From contig NZ_CANMNI010000001.1 of NCBI RefSeq assembly GCF_947499215.1, positions 1,319,523 through 1,383,522 of the forward strand: DNA of 64,000 nt, written 5' to 3'. The translations under genes were made by a program, and so were the position numbers. Positions 35,162 to 44,357 of the stretch are shown here, piece after piece. The notes beneath the pieces are model-generated. The model was not told where the DNA came from. It saw nothing but the letters and a program-made list of their open reading frames with translations, and did no database searches. Source of the DNA: an uncultured Pontibacter sp. (GTDB lineage Bacteria; Bacteroidota; Bacteroidia; Cytophagales; Hymenobacteraceae). Positions within the stretch are counted from its first letter, which is position 1, and every line of letters begins with the position of its first letter.

Positions 35162-36865
35162 TTAAGCATATAATCTCTCATCCTTCTGACCGATAAAAAA
35201 CTGAAGGATCGCCCCAAACACAAGCACCGCTACACAGCCGATCACGTTGAACCACAGGAAAGCGATATCGGTGTAGAAATGGCAGTATAGCACTACGGCT
35301 TCTGCCATCAGCGCGGCAATGAATACGGCGTGCCCTTTGATGTACTTCACGTAGAACGCCACGAGAAAAATACCCAAAATGGTGCCGTAGAAGATAGAGC
35401 CAATGATGTTGACGGCCTGAATCAGGTTGTCGAGCAGGGAGGCGTAGGTGGCGAAGATGATCGCCAGCGTACCCCAAGCGGCTGTAAAAATACGAGAAGC
35501 CCGCAGGTAGTGGAAGTTGTCTTTGTCCTGCTTAACGGAGCGTTTGTAAATGTCCACCACCGTGGTGGAGGCCAGCGCATTTAGCTCCGATGCCGTGGAC
35601 GACATGGCAGCCGAGAAGATCACGGCCAAAAGTAGCCCCACCAGACCGGCTGGCAGGTATTTCATCACAAAAGAAATGAATACGTAGTCGGTGTCCTTGG
35701 TCTCAGCCTCGGGCGTTGCTTTGGCGATAAGTGACTTCACCTCGGTGCGCACCGCTTTGGAGGCGTCGGTTATACCTTGCACTTCGGCTTGAGCAGCGGC
35801 AATGGCATTTCCGTCATCAGTGCGCAGGGCGGCAACCAAGCCGTGCACTGCTTCCTGCTTTTGGTTGAACAGGGCGGTATGTTGCTCTTCAAGCGCTTCC
35901 ATCTCTGGGGCAAACTCGGTGGCGTATACCTTGTCTTTGGCGGCTTCGTTGAAGAAGAGCGGCGGCTGGTTGAACTGGTAAAATACGAACACCATCACTC
36001 CAATAAATAGAATAATAAACTGCATCGGAATCTTAAGTAGCCCGTTGAAAAGCAAACCCAGTCGGCTCTCTCCTACCGATTTGCCACCCAGATAGCGGGC
36101 CACCTGACTTTGGTCGGTGCCGAAGTAGGAAAGCGCCAGAAACAAACCGCCCGTCATTCCCGACCAGAAGTTATAGCGGTCGTTCCAATCGAAGGAAAAA
36201 TCCACCACGTTCATCTTCCCCATCTTCCCGGCCACAGCCACGGCATCGCCGAAAGACACGCTTTCGGGTAGGTAGCGAACGACCATAAAACCAGCCACCA
36301 GCATGCCACCCATCATCACGGCCATTTGCTGTTTCTGTGTTACGCTCACCGCCTTTGTCCCCCCCGACACAGTATAGATGATCACCAATATACCGATCAG
36401 CATGTTGGTGGCCGTCAGGTTCCAGCCCAAAATGGTGGAAAGGATAATAGCCGGCGCATAGATCGTGATGCCCGCCGCCAGTCCGCGCTGCACCAAAAAG
36501 AGGAGGGCGGCCAAAGAGCGGGTCTTGAGGTCGAAGCGACTCTCGAGGTACTCGTAAGCCGTGTATACCTTGAGTCGGTAGAAAATAGGTATAACCGTGA
36601 TCGAAATGATGACCATGGCAATCGGGAGGCCGAAGTAGAACTGTACGAAGCGCATGCCGTCTTCGTAGGCTTGGCCCGGTGTGGAAAGGAAGGTAATGGC
36701 ACTGGCCTGTGTCGCCATGATGGACAGACCGATGGTCCACCATTTCATGCTGTTGTCACCTTTGAGGTAGCCCTCTATGTCTTTGCTGCCACGGGTTTTC
36801 CAGACGCCATAGCTCACAATAAAGCCCAGCGTGCCGAGCAGTACAATCCAGTCGAGTAGCCTCAT
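35162..36865 (-). CDS. sodium:solute symporter (SSS family) with a ~90-aa hydrophilic insertion
   Basis: 567-aa ORF with SSF-type helices. Residues about 305-393 form an Ala/Glu/Lys-rich soluble insertion. Confidence 0.85.
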   Translation of the reverse strand: MRLLDWIVLLGTLGFIVSYGVWKTRGSKDIEGYLKGDNSMKWWTIGLSIMATQASAITFLSTPGQAYEDGMRFVQFYFGLPIAMVIISITVIPIFYRLKVYTAYEYLESRFDLKTRSLAALLFLVQRGLAAGITIYAPAIILSTILGWNLTATNMLIGILVIIYTVSGGTKAVSVTQKQQMAVMMGGMLVAGFMVVRYLPESVSFGDAVAVAGKMGKMNVVDFSFDWNDRYNFWSGMTGGLFLALSYFGTDQSQVARYLGGKSVGESRLGLLFNGLLKIPMQFIILFIGVMVFVFYQFNQPPLFFNEAAKDKVYATEFAPEMEALEEQHTALFNQKQEAVHGLVAALRTDDGNAIAAAQAEVQGITDASKAVRTEVKSLIAKATPEAETKDTDYVFISFVMKYLPAGLVGLLLAVIFSAAMSSTASELNALASTTVVDIYKRSVKQDKDNFHYLRASRIFTAAWGTLAIIFATYASLLDNLIQAVNIIGSIFYGTILGIFLVAFYVKYIKGHAVFIAALMAEAVVLYCHFYTDIAFLWFNVIGCVAVLVFGAILQFFIGQKDERLYA

Positions 36866-37005
36866 GAATAGATGCGGGTGATGATGTAGAACAGGGTGAT
36901 CAGAAAAGCGAGATTGCCCAGCACCAGCCAGTACATGCTTTTCCAGCTCTTAAAGAAGGGTGGCTTGTCGAGCTCCTCGGTAGACTTGCTATCGGTTTTT
37001 TTCAT
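36862..37005 (-). CDS. 47-aa single-pass membrane protein, translationally coupled to the symporter (ATGA overlap)
   Basis: Below the ORF-track cutoff. Hand translation is MKKTDSKSTEELDKPPFFKSWKSMYWLVLGNLAFLITLFYIITRIYS*. Its TGA overlaps the symporter ATG (36862-36865). Confidence 0.55.
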   Translation of the reverse strand: MKKTDSKSTEELDKPPFFKSWKSMYWLVLGNLAFLITLFYIITRIYS

Positions 37006-37060
37006 GGTTTTTTATGCGTGTCTCGTAGCACTACATTTTATCATGCGCTACGCTAAAAGC

Positions 37061-39592
37061 CTACTTCACTGCACTGTCAGCGCTGCTGCCTTGGGCGCTA
37101 TGCCCGTTTCCGAGAGAGATCAGGTTGGCAAAGATGCGATAGGCACCCGGCACACCGGCAGGCAATTGCCTGAACCAAGAATAGCCGGTATACACAAAAT
37201 GGCCTTTGCCGTAGCGGGCAACCAAAAGACCGCCGTCGCGGGCCGGTTCTCCGGGATCGTTGCTCGATAAGATGGCCTCAAACTCACTCCCCCACTCACT
37301 CGGGAAGTATAGGCCGCGCTCCTGCACCCAGCCTTCAAAGTCTTTCTTCGTGATCTTGTTCGGGCTGTTCAACACCTGATGGCTTGGTTTTAGGAAACGT
37401 ACTTCAGCATCCTCTACCGCTACTCGTTGGCTCGAAATCTTCAATAGATAAGGGGCAATGTTAGTGGTTTTGAGGCTGTGTCCGGTGTTATACTGCACAA
37501 TGATTGTACCGCCCTGCTGCACGTAATTGAGCAGACGCGGCTGGTAAAAATTCATCCGTTCTACTGTATTGTAGGCCCGAACACCCAGTATTACTGCATC
37601 GAAACGCTTCAGATTCTGGTCTGTGATATCTTCGTCTTTGAGCAATGTTACATTATACCCGATCTGTTGCAGGCTCGCAGGTATATCATCTCCGGCCCCC
37701 ATCAGGTAGGCGATCTGCTCCCCGTTACGCTTCAGGTCGAGACGCACGGCTTTGGCCACGGCCTCGGGAAAGGTAGTTTGTGTTGGGATGTGGCTGTACT
37801 GGATCACATTGAGCCCGCGGGTATAGGATTTACCTGCTACTGTAGCCACGGCTTTCAGTTCCACTTCCTGCTGTCCTTTAGGTGGGTGCACCATGAAGCG
37901 TACTAATTGCTCCGCCCCGTTCTGCTCCAGATCAAATGCCACCTGCGCTGGCTCGGCACGCCAGCCCTTGGGTAATTGCAATGCCACGTTACCTTTTATA
38001 CCTGCCTTACCAGATTTCACCAGCACATGCACCGGCTTAGGCTCCTGCAATGCGAACATCAGCACTTTTTCCGAAATATTCACAAACACGGGCGGCGTAA
38101 TGGCCAGTGGTCTGTACTGCTCCCCGTCCACCGGATCGTTGCGCTTGTAAACCACCGGCACGCTATAGCGGAAAGGCTCACCGCTGATCATCAAATCAAG
38201 CTGTACCTCAGCAGCCGGTTGATTTTCAGGCGCACCGATTTCCTGCAGATCCTCCACTCGGAACAGGCCCAGTGTTCCCTCCTGCCTTAGCCAGTACGGC
38301 TGTGAGAGTGGTGCTGAAGCCGGAACCTGCATTTTGAAAGGGATAAGATGCCCCTCGTTCGGAGCGAGTGTTTTATTCAAGCTGCTGTCTTTAGCCGCGA
38401 AGGTAGGACGCATGCTTACCAACTGCACAGGTATAGTCGAGCGGTTGATGGCTTCTAACTGCATGTTCAGGTGCTCGCCCGGCGTTACGGCATATTCAGT
38501 AGCAACTGCCTCTAGGTATAGACCAAGGCTGTGCTTCACCACTTCCTCCAACTCTTCTGTCTTCACGCGTTTCCAATGGCTGTCGGGGAGCTTTGTAAGT
38601 TCTTTACGGGCGGCCAACAGGGTGGGCACCACGGCTGCCGGTTGCTCCGGCTTAAACTCTGACACCGCCTGCTGCAACAGTGCCGCTACTTTCTCACTGC
38701 CCTTCACGCGGCTCCAAGTGGTGTTTATACCTTCAAACAATTCCTCTTTGGCTCGGTCACCTTTTGTGTGCTCCAAGTATTCCAAGGTCACACCCCGTGT
38801 ACCCGTGGCGCCGAAGCCTTGGCTTTTGTGCATGCTGCGGCTCAGGGCGGCGATCTCTGGGTATGACTTGCCTAGCAGTGGGTTGAAACCGCCAACATCA
38901 ATCTTTAGAAGTTGAGAACCGTAGTCTTCAAATTCTTTTTGGCTGCGGAATGACCATATGCCCGTGTTCCAAAGCACCCGCTTGGCCTGCCATACCTGCA
39001 CATGCTTGAGCTGTTCCGGAAAGCGTTTTGGATCGGCGGCAGCTTCAAAGGCCTCGTTAGCCAGCATGGCAGAGGCCGTGTGATGGCCGTGTGTTTCAGA
39101 AGGGCGCGGTGAGAAACGGGTGATGATTACATCGGGGCGGAACTTGCGGATCGCCCACACCACATCGTGCAGCACCTTTTCCTTACCCCAAGTGGCAAAA
39201 GTCTCTTCCGGATTCTTGGAGAAGCCGAAATCATTGGCGCGGGTAAAGAACTGCTGCCCCCCATCAGTTCGTCTGGCCTGCAGTAGCTCCTGTGTGCGGA
39301 TAATGCCCAGCCCCTCTCTTATCTCCGGTCCGATGAGATTTTGTCCACCATCGCCGCGGGTCACCGACAGGTAACCGGTATTGTAGAGCTTCTCGTTAGC
39401 GAGGTAAGCGATAAAGCGGGTGTTTTCGTCATCAGGGTGCGCCGCCACATAAAGAGCAGTTCCTAGCACGCTCAGCTTTTTAATGTCCTGCAGTAGTTCT
39501 GCGGCATGTGGCTTTTCAGGTGCCTGCGCCTGCACTGGCCCATACACGAACAGCATGAACAAGGTGAATAAGAGAGAAAAACTATTTTTCAT
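37061..39592 (-). CDS. PIG-L/LmbE-family deacetylase fused to a large C-terminal region with a ThuA/GATase1-like module
   Basis: Start set at ATG 39590-39592, giving signal MKNSFSLLFTLFMLFVYGPVQAQ. AHPDDEN motif and HGHH, typical of PIG-L. The C-terminus (FDAVILGVRAYN...GGTIIVQYN) resembles class-I amidotransferase-like folds. Confidence 0.8.
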   Translation of the reverse strand: MKNSFSLLFTLFMLFVYGPVQAQAPEKPHAAELLQDIKKLSVLGTALYVAAHPDDENTRFIAYLANEKLYNTGYLSVTRGDGGQNLIGPEIREGLGIIRTQELLQARRTDGGQQFFTRANDFGFSKNPEETFATWGKEKVLHDVVWAIRKFRPDVIITRFSPRPSETHGHHTASAMLANEAFEAAADPKRFPEQLKHVQVWQAKRVLWNTGIWSFRSQKEFEDYGSQLLKIDVGGFNPLLGKSYPEIAALSRSMHKSQGFGATGTRGVTLEYLEHTKGDRAKEELFEGINTTWSRVKGSEKVAALLQQAVSEFKPEQPAAVVPTLLAARKELTKLPDSHWKRVKTEELEEVVKHSLGLYLEAVATEYAVTPGEHLNMQLEAINRSTIPVQLVSMRPTFAAKDSSLNKTLAPNEGHLIPFKMQVPASAPLSQPYWLRQEGTLGLFRVEDLQEIGAPENQPAAEVQLDLMISGEPFRYSVPVVYKRNDPVDGEQYRPLAITPPVFVNISEKVLMFALQEPKPVHVLVKSGKAGIKGNVALQLPKGWRAEPAQVAFDLEQNGAEQLVRFMVHPPKGQQEVELKAVATVAGKSYTRGLNVIQYSHIPTQTTFPEAVAKAVRLDLKRNGEQIAYLMGAGDDIPASLQQIGYNVTLLKDEDITDQNLKRFDAVILGVRAYNTVERMNFYQPRLLNYVQQGGTIIVQYNTGHSLKTTNIAPYLLKISSQRVAVEDAEVRFLKPSHQVLNSPNKITKKDFEGWVQERGLYFPSEWGSEFEAILSSNDPGEPARDGGLLVARYGKGHFVYTGYSWFRQLPAGVPGAYRIFANLISLGNGHSAQGSSADSAVK

Positions 39593-39886
39593 GTCTTCAG
39601 TAAAAGGGTAAGACCAAAAAGCTAGACAGCCCATGGTGTAAAACTAAAAAATTTGCTTCAGCCTACACAGTTTAACGGGTTTATACTTGACAGAAAGTAT
39701 TCCTAACTCGACATATAACAGCAGGCATTAGCTTTTTGTATTTAACACAGCCTATACAGCAACAACTAACAATTAAGCAATATAGTCTTGTAATATGACT
39801 AGTCAGGATTTAGCTAAGACCAATATAGGTTAAAGCAAAGACAATAAAAAAATAGTTAAATTATTTAGTATTATATACTTGACTTT

Positions 39887-39894
39887 ATATATTT
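39887..39894 (+). promoter_or_regulatory. candidate -7 promoter box TATATTTG
   Basis: TAnnTTTG match in the AT-rich 410-bp divergent intergenic region, about 110 bp upstream of CDS 40005. Confidence 0.3.
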
Positions 39895-40004
39895 GTAAAA
39901 CTTTGGAAATCAACTTTCCAAAAACTGCCCTAAGGCTGATCAGTTTTACTGTGTAGCCCCAACTATGAAGCAACGTATTTGAAGGCCACAATAATCTGAC
40001 ACCC

Positions 40005-40697
40005 ATGGCAGATCAAGGAGAGAACAGGATCGAGGACTACGCAATAGACTTCCTTGGTTCATATTATGCCAAACATCAAAAGAAGTCCGGTCTACTTATC
40101 AATAGGCACGTGGCCACCCAAAAAGGCGCCTTTGCAGACGCACTTCTCGCTTACCAGAAACACGACAATAGTTTTTTTGCTGCTTCCCTAAGCGTCCGCC
40201 GATCCGACAGATTAGCCACTCTACTCAAATCGTATAAGAAAAAAGGTCTCGGCAGACTCCGCTACCTAACGGCGATCACGCTTTTTTCCATAGCTGCGCT
40301 TGCCTGTTTTATGGCTGGCAGTTGGCTGGCAACAGCCGTTATTCCCCCACTGCTGGCTGTTGCCGGTTTTTATCTGCATTCAACACTCAAAAGACGCTAC
40401 TTGGAGCGGCAGCTCAGCACCGCCGTAGACGAACTGAGACAGCAACCGGCCGACCACCAGTGGTTGGGCATACGGGTGAGCAGCCTGCACTGGGGCGGCA
40501 ATCCGATGGCAGACTACCTCTCAAAACTTTGCGAAAGACGCGGTATAGGTCTGATTACGGTTGGTAAGAGAGCCCGTTTGACACTGCGCCAAGAGCCACG
40601 TCTGGCCAATTGCCGTCGTCAGGATTTTCTTTCTTACTATACTTCGGGCGACAGTCTGCGCAAGGAACTCGGTGATCAGTTTATGCGAGTGGCCTAG
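40005..40697 (+). CDS. hypothetical membrane protein
   Basis: 230-aa ORF with two central hydrophobic helices. No recognised motif. Confidence 0.5.
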   Translation: MADQGENRIEDYAIDFLGSYYAKHQKKSGLLINRHVATQKGAFADALLAYQKHDNSFFAASLSVRRSDRLATLLKSYKKKGLGRLRYLTAITLFSIAALACFMAGSWLATAVIPPLLAVAGFYLHSTLKRRYLERQLSTAVDELRQQPADHQWLGIRVSSLHWGGNPMADYLSKLCERRGIGLITVGKRARLTLRQEPRLANCRRQDFLSYYTSGDSLRKELGDQFMRVA

Positions 40698-40815
40698 GTT
40701 TTCTGCTTAAAATAGTACGCCGGGCCGTTACTTATCCTCTCCCGCCTCCGTACATTGTGTTGAGCACCCCGGCCCCGTTTTGCAAGTGGCTTGGGCGCGT
40801 ACATGATACCATACC

Positions 40816-41187
40816 ATGAGAAGATTTATTAGCATACTACCCGTAGTGGCGCTCCTGCTGGCCGGGTGCCAAGCACAGGATGGCTCCCAGATCCCCAGTA
40901 CCCAACCTGATATGCGAGGCAATATCATAAGCCTCAAAAAAACCAACTCAAAGAAAAAAGCCGGTGTTGCCATACTGCTCGTCGAATCAGTGGAGGGCGT
41001 ACAGACCAATCATACCAAAGCGACTTTACGCATCGACGGCGACACGCATATCGAAGGCATTGATGGTGCGATACTCCGACTGGAGCAACTACGCGAAGGG
41101 CAGTTGGTCGAGGCTTGGTTTGGAGATGAAGTGATGGAATCGTTCCCGGTGCAGGCCCACGCCACCGCCATACGGGTAAGTAACTAA
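40816..41187 (+). CDS. hypothetical small lipoprotein
   Basis: 123-aa ORF with lipobox LLLAGC. Confidence 0.6.
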   Translation: MRRFISILPVVALLLAGCQAQDGSQIPSTQPDMRGNIISLKKTNSKKKAGVAILLVESVEGVQTNHTKATLRIDGDTHIEGIDGAILRLEQLREGQLVEAWFGDEVMESFPVQAHATAIRVSN

Positions 41188-41194
41188 CACGGGA

Positions 41195-41557
41195 ATGGAT
41201 CAAAGCAAAGCGGACTATACTTGGCACAAAGTGTTTGGGAGCTCGGCCGAAGCCAAGGAGCAGGTGCCGGTACGCAAACTAAAGCAACTCGTGTTGGGAG
41301 GGCGTTCTATTTGCTTTGCCCACACAGCGGCGGGATTCTTCGCCCTCGACGATGCCTGCCCGCACCTTGGCTATTCTCTCAGCAAAGGCACGACCAATTA
41401 CCTGAACGAGGTTATCTGCCCATGGCACAGCTACCGGTTCAGCATGACAGACGGAAGGGAATGTGAGTTTCGGACACGTAAGGCGGAGCTGCATCCCGTG
41501 GAGGTAAGGGAGGACGGCGTTTACGTTGGTATAAAGGAGGAAGCGCCCGCTACCTGA
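41195..41557 (+). CDS. Rieske [2Fe-2S] domain protein
   Basis: CPHLGYSL ... CPWHSYRF gives the two CxH / CxxH cluster-binding motifs. Confidence 0.8.
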   Translation: MDQSKADYTWHKVFGSSAEAKEQVPVRKLKQLVLGGRSICFAHTAAGFFALDDACPHLGYSLSKGTTNYLNEVICPWHSYRFSMTDGRECEFRTRKAELHPVEVREDGVYVGIKEEAPAT

Positions 41558-41668
41558 TTTTAAGGGTTTACCCTCTCCTATGGGCTATCCGCTCAGATTA
41601 GTCGCCTATTTTATCTGGGCAAACACAAATTGCCTACCTTGCCGGATACCACCAACCATTAAGCGTCT

Positions 41669-42145
41669 ATGGCACCCAAAACTATTCATCGGGAAACCAA
41701 GCCCTTAGAGCCGGTAGAGTTGCGGCATGTGATGGGCGATGTGTATGTTACGATACAGCAGAAAGCCGATTATATCGAAGCCAAGTGGTCAGGCCATATT
41801 ACGGCGGACGAAGTGGTGAGCGCGGCTCAGGCTTATCTGGAACTAGTACGCAGCAGCGGCTGCTCTAAGCTCCTAAACGACAAGTCGGATGTAACCGGCG
41901 ACTGGGAGGAGGCTAACGACTGGTTGCAGTACGAGTGGCTGCCCCGGGCTAAAGAAGCCGGTCTGCGCTTCTTAGCGCATGTTTACTCTTTTAATATGTT
42001 CAGCAAACTGGCCGCCCGCGAACTCCAAGAGCGTGTGTCGCCGGAGTTGTGTATGAAAAACTTTCACGAGCGGCATCAAGCGGAAGAGTGGCTGTCCCAG
42101 TGGGACGCCTCAGCGCCGGCCAACAGGCGGGCTGCAACGACTTAG
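41669..42145 (+). CDS. hypothetical protein (STAS/SpoIIAA-like fold suspected)
   Basis: 158-aa ORF with ordinary globular composition. No motif recognised with confidence. Confidence 0.55.
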   Translation: MAPKTIHRETKPLEPVELRHVMGDVYVTIQQKADYIEAKWSGHITADEVVSAAQAYLELVRSSGCSKLLNDKSDVTGDWEEANDWLQYEWLPRAKEAGLRFLAHVYSFNMFSKLAARELQERVSPELCMKNFHERHQAEEWLSQWDASAPANRRAATT

Positions 42146-42342
42146 CGCACGTTGGCAGCAACCGCGTGTGGCGCAACTGGCGTGATAACCACAGTATCGA
42201 GCAGCACGGTCATCACTGGCTCCTCTACTTCCATTTCTACTGTGTGGGCAGCAACTACTGCTGGTTCTGTTGTTTTTGTATCTGGTTGCAAGGCAAGTCC
42301 GAAGCAAGATACAGTGGCGGCGATAACGAATAATACTTTCAT
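42142..42342 (-). CDS. possible 66-aa secreted peptide
   Basis: The N-terminus MKVLFVIAATVSCFGLALQ looks like a signal or lipoprotein signal. Preceded by an AT-rich region. Competing ORFs on both strands lack any such feature. Confidence 0.35.
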   Translation of the reverse strand: MKVLFVIAATVSCFGLALQPDTKTTEPAVVAAHTVEMEVEEPVMTVLLDTVVITPVAPHAVAANVR

Positions 42343-42711
42343 GGCTATAATATTTAAGTGTTTTACAATTGATTACTGTGACAAAGTTATTATATAGTAC
42401 TTTGTTATGCAAGGTACTGTTGCGCAAATCACTACTGTTTTATACCAACAAGCTGAAAACCTCCGTGAACACTTCTGAAAACCGGACGAACGGATTAATT
42501 ATTTTTTAGCCAAAAAGCCCAAAAATCACTAGGTATAGTTATATATAATTCCTCCTATCAAAACTTAAACATGCCGCATTGTATCCCATTTGCGCTATAC
42601 CCGGAAATTAGGTTTAATTTTGTCTTTAGGCTGTTCAGAGATACTCGTGGCAGCTAACACAATCAACTTTTAGAAAAACGGCGCTGGATTGACAAGTGGC
42701 CACAAGACAGG

Positions 42712-44199
42712 ATGCAGGATATAAAAGAAGCGCAGCAAGTGCAGGAGAGCAAGGGAGAAACCGGGTTTAAGCGGGAGATAGGCCTTTTTGACGCGATTAT
42801 GATCGTGACGGGCGGCATGATCGGTTCGGGTATATTCATTGTGACCGCTGATATTTCGCGGGCGGTGGTTACGCCGGGCAATATGCTGCTGGTGTGGGTG
42901 CTGTCGGGCTTCCTAACCATGGTGGGCGCCATCAGCTATGGCGAACTCTCGTCTATGTTCCCAAAAGTAGGCGGACAGTATGTATACCTGAAAGAAGCTT
43001 ACAACAAGATGGTCGCCTTCCTTTATGGCTGGACGCTGTTTCTGGTGATACAGACGGGCGTGATTGCGGCTGTGGCGGTGGCCTTCGCCCGTTTCACCGG
43101 GGTGCTTATACCTTGGTTCAGCGAAGACAATGTGCTGTTTTCCATACTCGGTTTCAAATTTAGCTCCGTGCAGCTGCTGGCTATTCTGAGCATCGTATAC
43201 CTGACTTACATCAACTCACGCGGCGTGAAAAGCGGCAAGCTGATTCAAAACATATTCGGAAGCACCAAACTCATCGCCCTCTTTGGCCTGATACTCTTCG
43301 GTTTGCTTTTCGGCATCAACGACACGGCGGTGCAGGCCAATTTCTCCGATTTTTGGGGCTCTGCCGCTGCTGCCACAGGTGCCAGCGAGGCTCCTCCGGT
43401 AGGTATGGCTTTGATCACCGCCATCGGCATTGCCATGGTAGGCGCCCTGTTTTCCGCTGACTCTTGGAACAACATCGGCTTTTCCGGCGACGAGATCGTG
43501 AACCCGAAGCGCACGATCGTGCTGAGCATGGTCATCGGCAGTGCTATTGTGATGGGCCTCTACCTAATCATCAACCTCGTATACCTGCTGGTGCTGCCCC
43601 TCAACGGCGACCCGAACGCGACCGATGTGCTAGGCCAAGGTATAAAATACGCCTCCAACGACCGCGTGGCAACCGCTGTCGCTGAAGTAATTGGGGGCTA
43701 CCCGGCTACAGTGGGTATCGCCATCCTGATTATGATTTCCACATTCGGCTGTAACAACGGGGCGATTCTGTCAGGTGCGCGGGTATACTATGCCATAGCC
43801 AAAGACGGACTGTTTTTCCAGAAAATGGGCCACTTGAACAAGAACGGTGTGCCGGCCGCTGCCCTGTGGCTGCAATGTATCTGGGCCTGTCTGCTCTGCC
43901 TATCGGGCACCTACAACGACCTGCTCGACTATGTTATCTTCGCCGTGATGCTCTTCTACATCGTTACCGTAATCGGGGTGTTTGTGCTGCGGGTACGCCG
44001 TCCGGATCTGAAGCGCCCTTACAAGGCTTTCGGTTATCCGATATTGCCTGCCCTTTATGTAATCTTGGCTTCGGGTATCTGCATCATCCTACTCATTTAT
44101 AAACCGGTCTATACTTGGCCGGGACTCATTATTGTAGCACTAGGTATACCTGTGTATTATTTCTTCGGAAGCAAGTTCAGGGAGGAGTCGGGGTTGTAA
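42712..44199 (+). CDS. amino acid permease (APC superfamily)
   Basis: 495-aa ORF with 12 hydrophobic helices and GGMIGSGIF / ELSSMFPKVGGQY signature-like segments. Confidence 0.9.
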   Translation: MQDIKEAQQVQESKGETGFKREIGLFDAIMIVTGGMIGSGIFIVTADISRAVVTPGNMLLVWVLSGFLTMVGAISYGELSSMFPKVGGQYVYLKEAYNKMVAFLYGWTLFLVIQTGVIAAVAVAFARFTGVLIPWFSEDNVLFSILGFKFSSVQLLAILSIVYLTYINSRGVKSGKLIQNIFGSTKLIALFGLILFGLLFGINDTAVQANFSDFWGSAAAATGASEAPPVGMALITAIGIAMVGALFSADSWNNIGFSGDEIVNPKRTIVLSMVIGSAIVMGLYLIINLVYLLVLPLNGDPNATDVLGQGIKYASNDRVATAVAEVIGGYPATVGIAILIMISTFGCNNGAILSGARVYYAIAKDGLFFQKMGHLNKNGVPAAALWLQCIWACLLCLSGTYNDLLDYVIFAVMLFYIVTVIGVFVLRVRRPDLKRPYKAFGYPILPALYVILASGICIILLIYKPVYTWPGLIIVALGIPVYYFFGSKFREESGL

Positions 44200-44218
44200 A
44201 GCCGTCCAGTAAGAGCAA

Positions 44219-44268
44219 AGCCACAAAAAAACAGTCTGTCAGAGTTTGGCAGACTGTTTTTTTGTGGC
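44219..44268 (+). terminator. rho-independent terminator (long stem)
   Basis: gccacaaaaaaacagtctg...cagactgtttttttgtggc. Confidence 0.8.
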
Positions 44269-44357
44269 TTTTAGAAAAATATTCCTAACATGGAGAACGC
44301 ACACAAACAACAAATTCATATTTTAGTACAAGTATATACTATGCTAAAGTTGGTTCT

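Noticed and set aside
36171-36859. ORFs 36171-36743 (-), 36326-36859 (+) and 36415-36702 (-) overlapping the symporter gene.
   Set aside because: Their translations are His/Arg/Gly-rich and off-frame. The 567-aa frame has a coherent SSS transmembrane topology.
39593-40004. 410-bp AT-rich intergenic region considered as a possible ncRNA or riboswitch; also 42343-42711 upstream of the amino-acid permease.
   Set aside because: I could not recognise any known riboswitch or RNA-family core sequence or a convincing conserved-looking structure. It is more simply a divergent promoter region. This is left unresolved rather than called.
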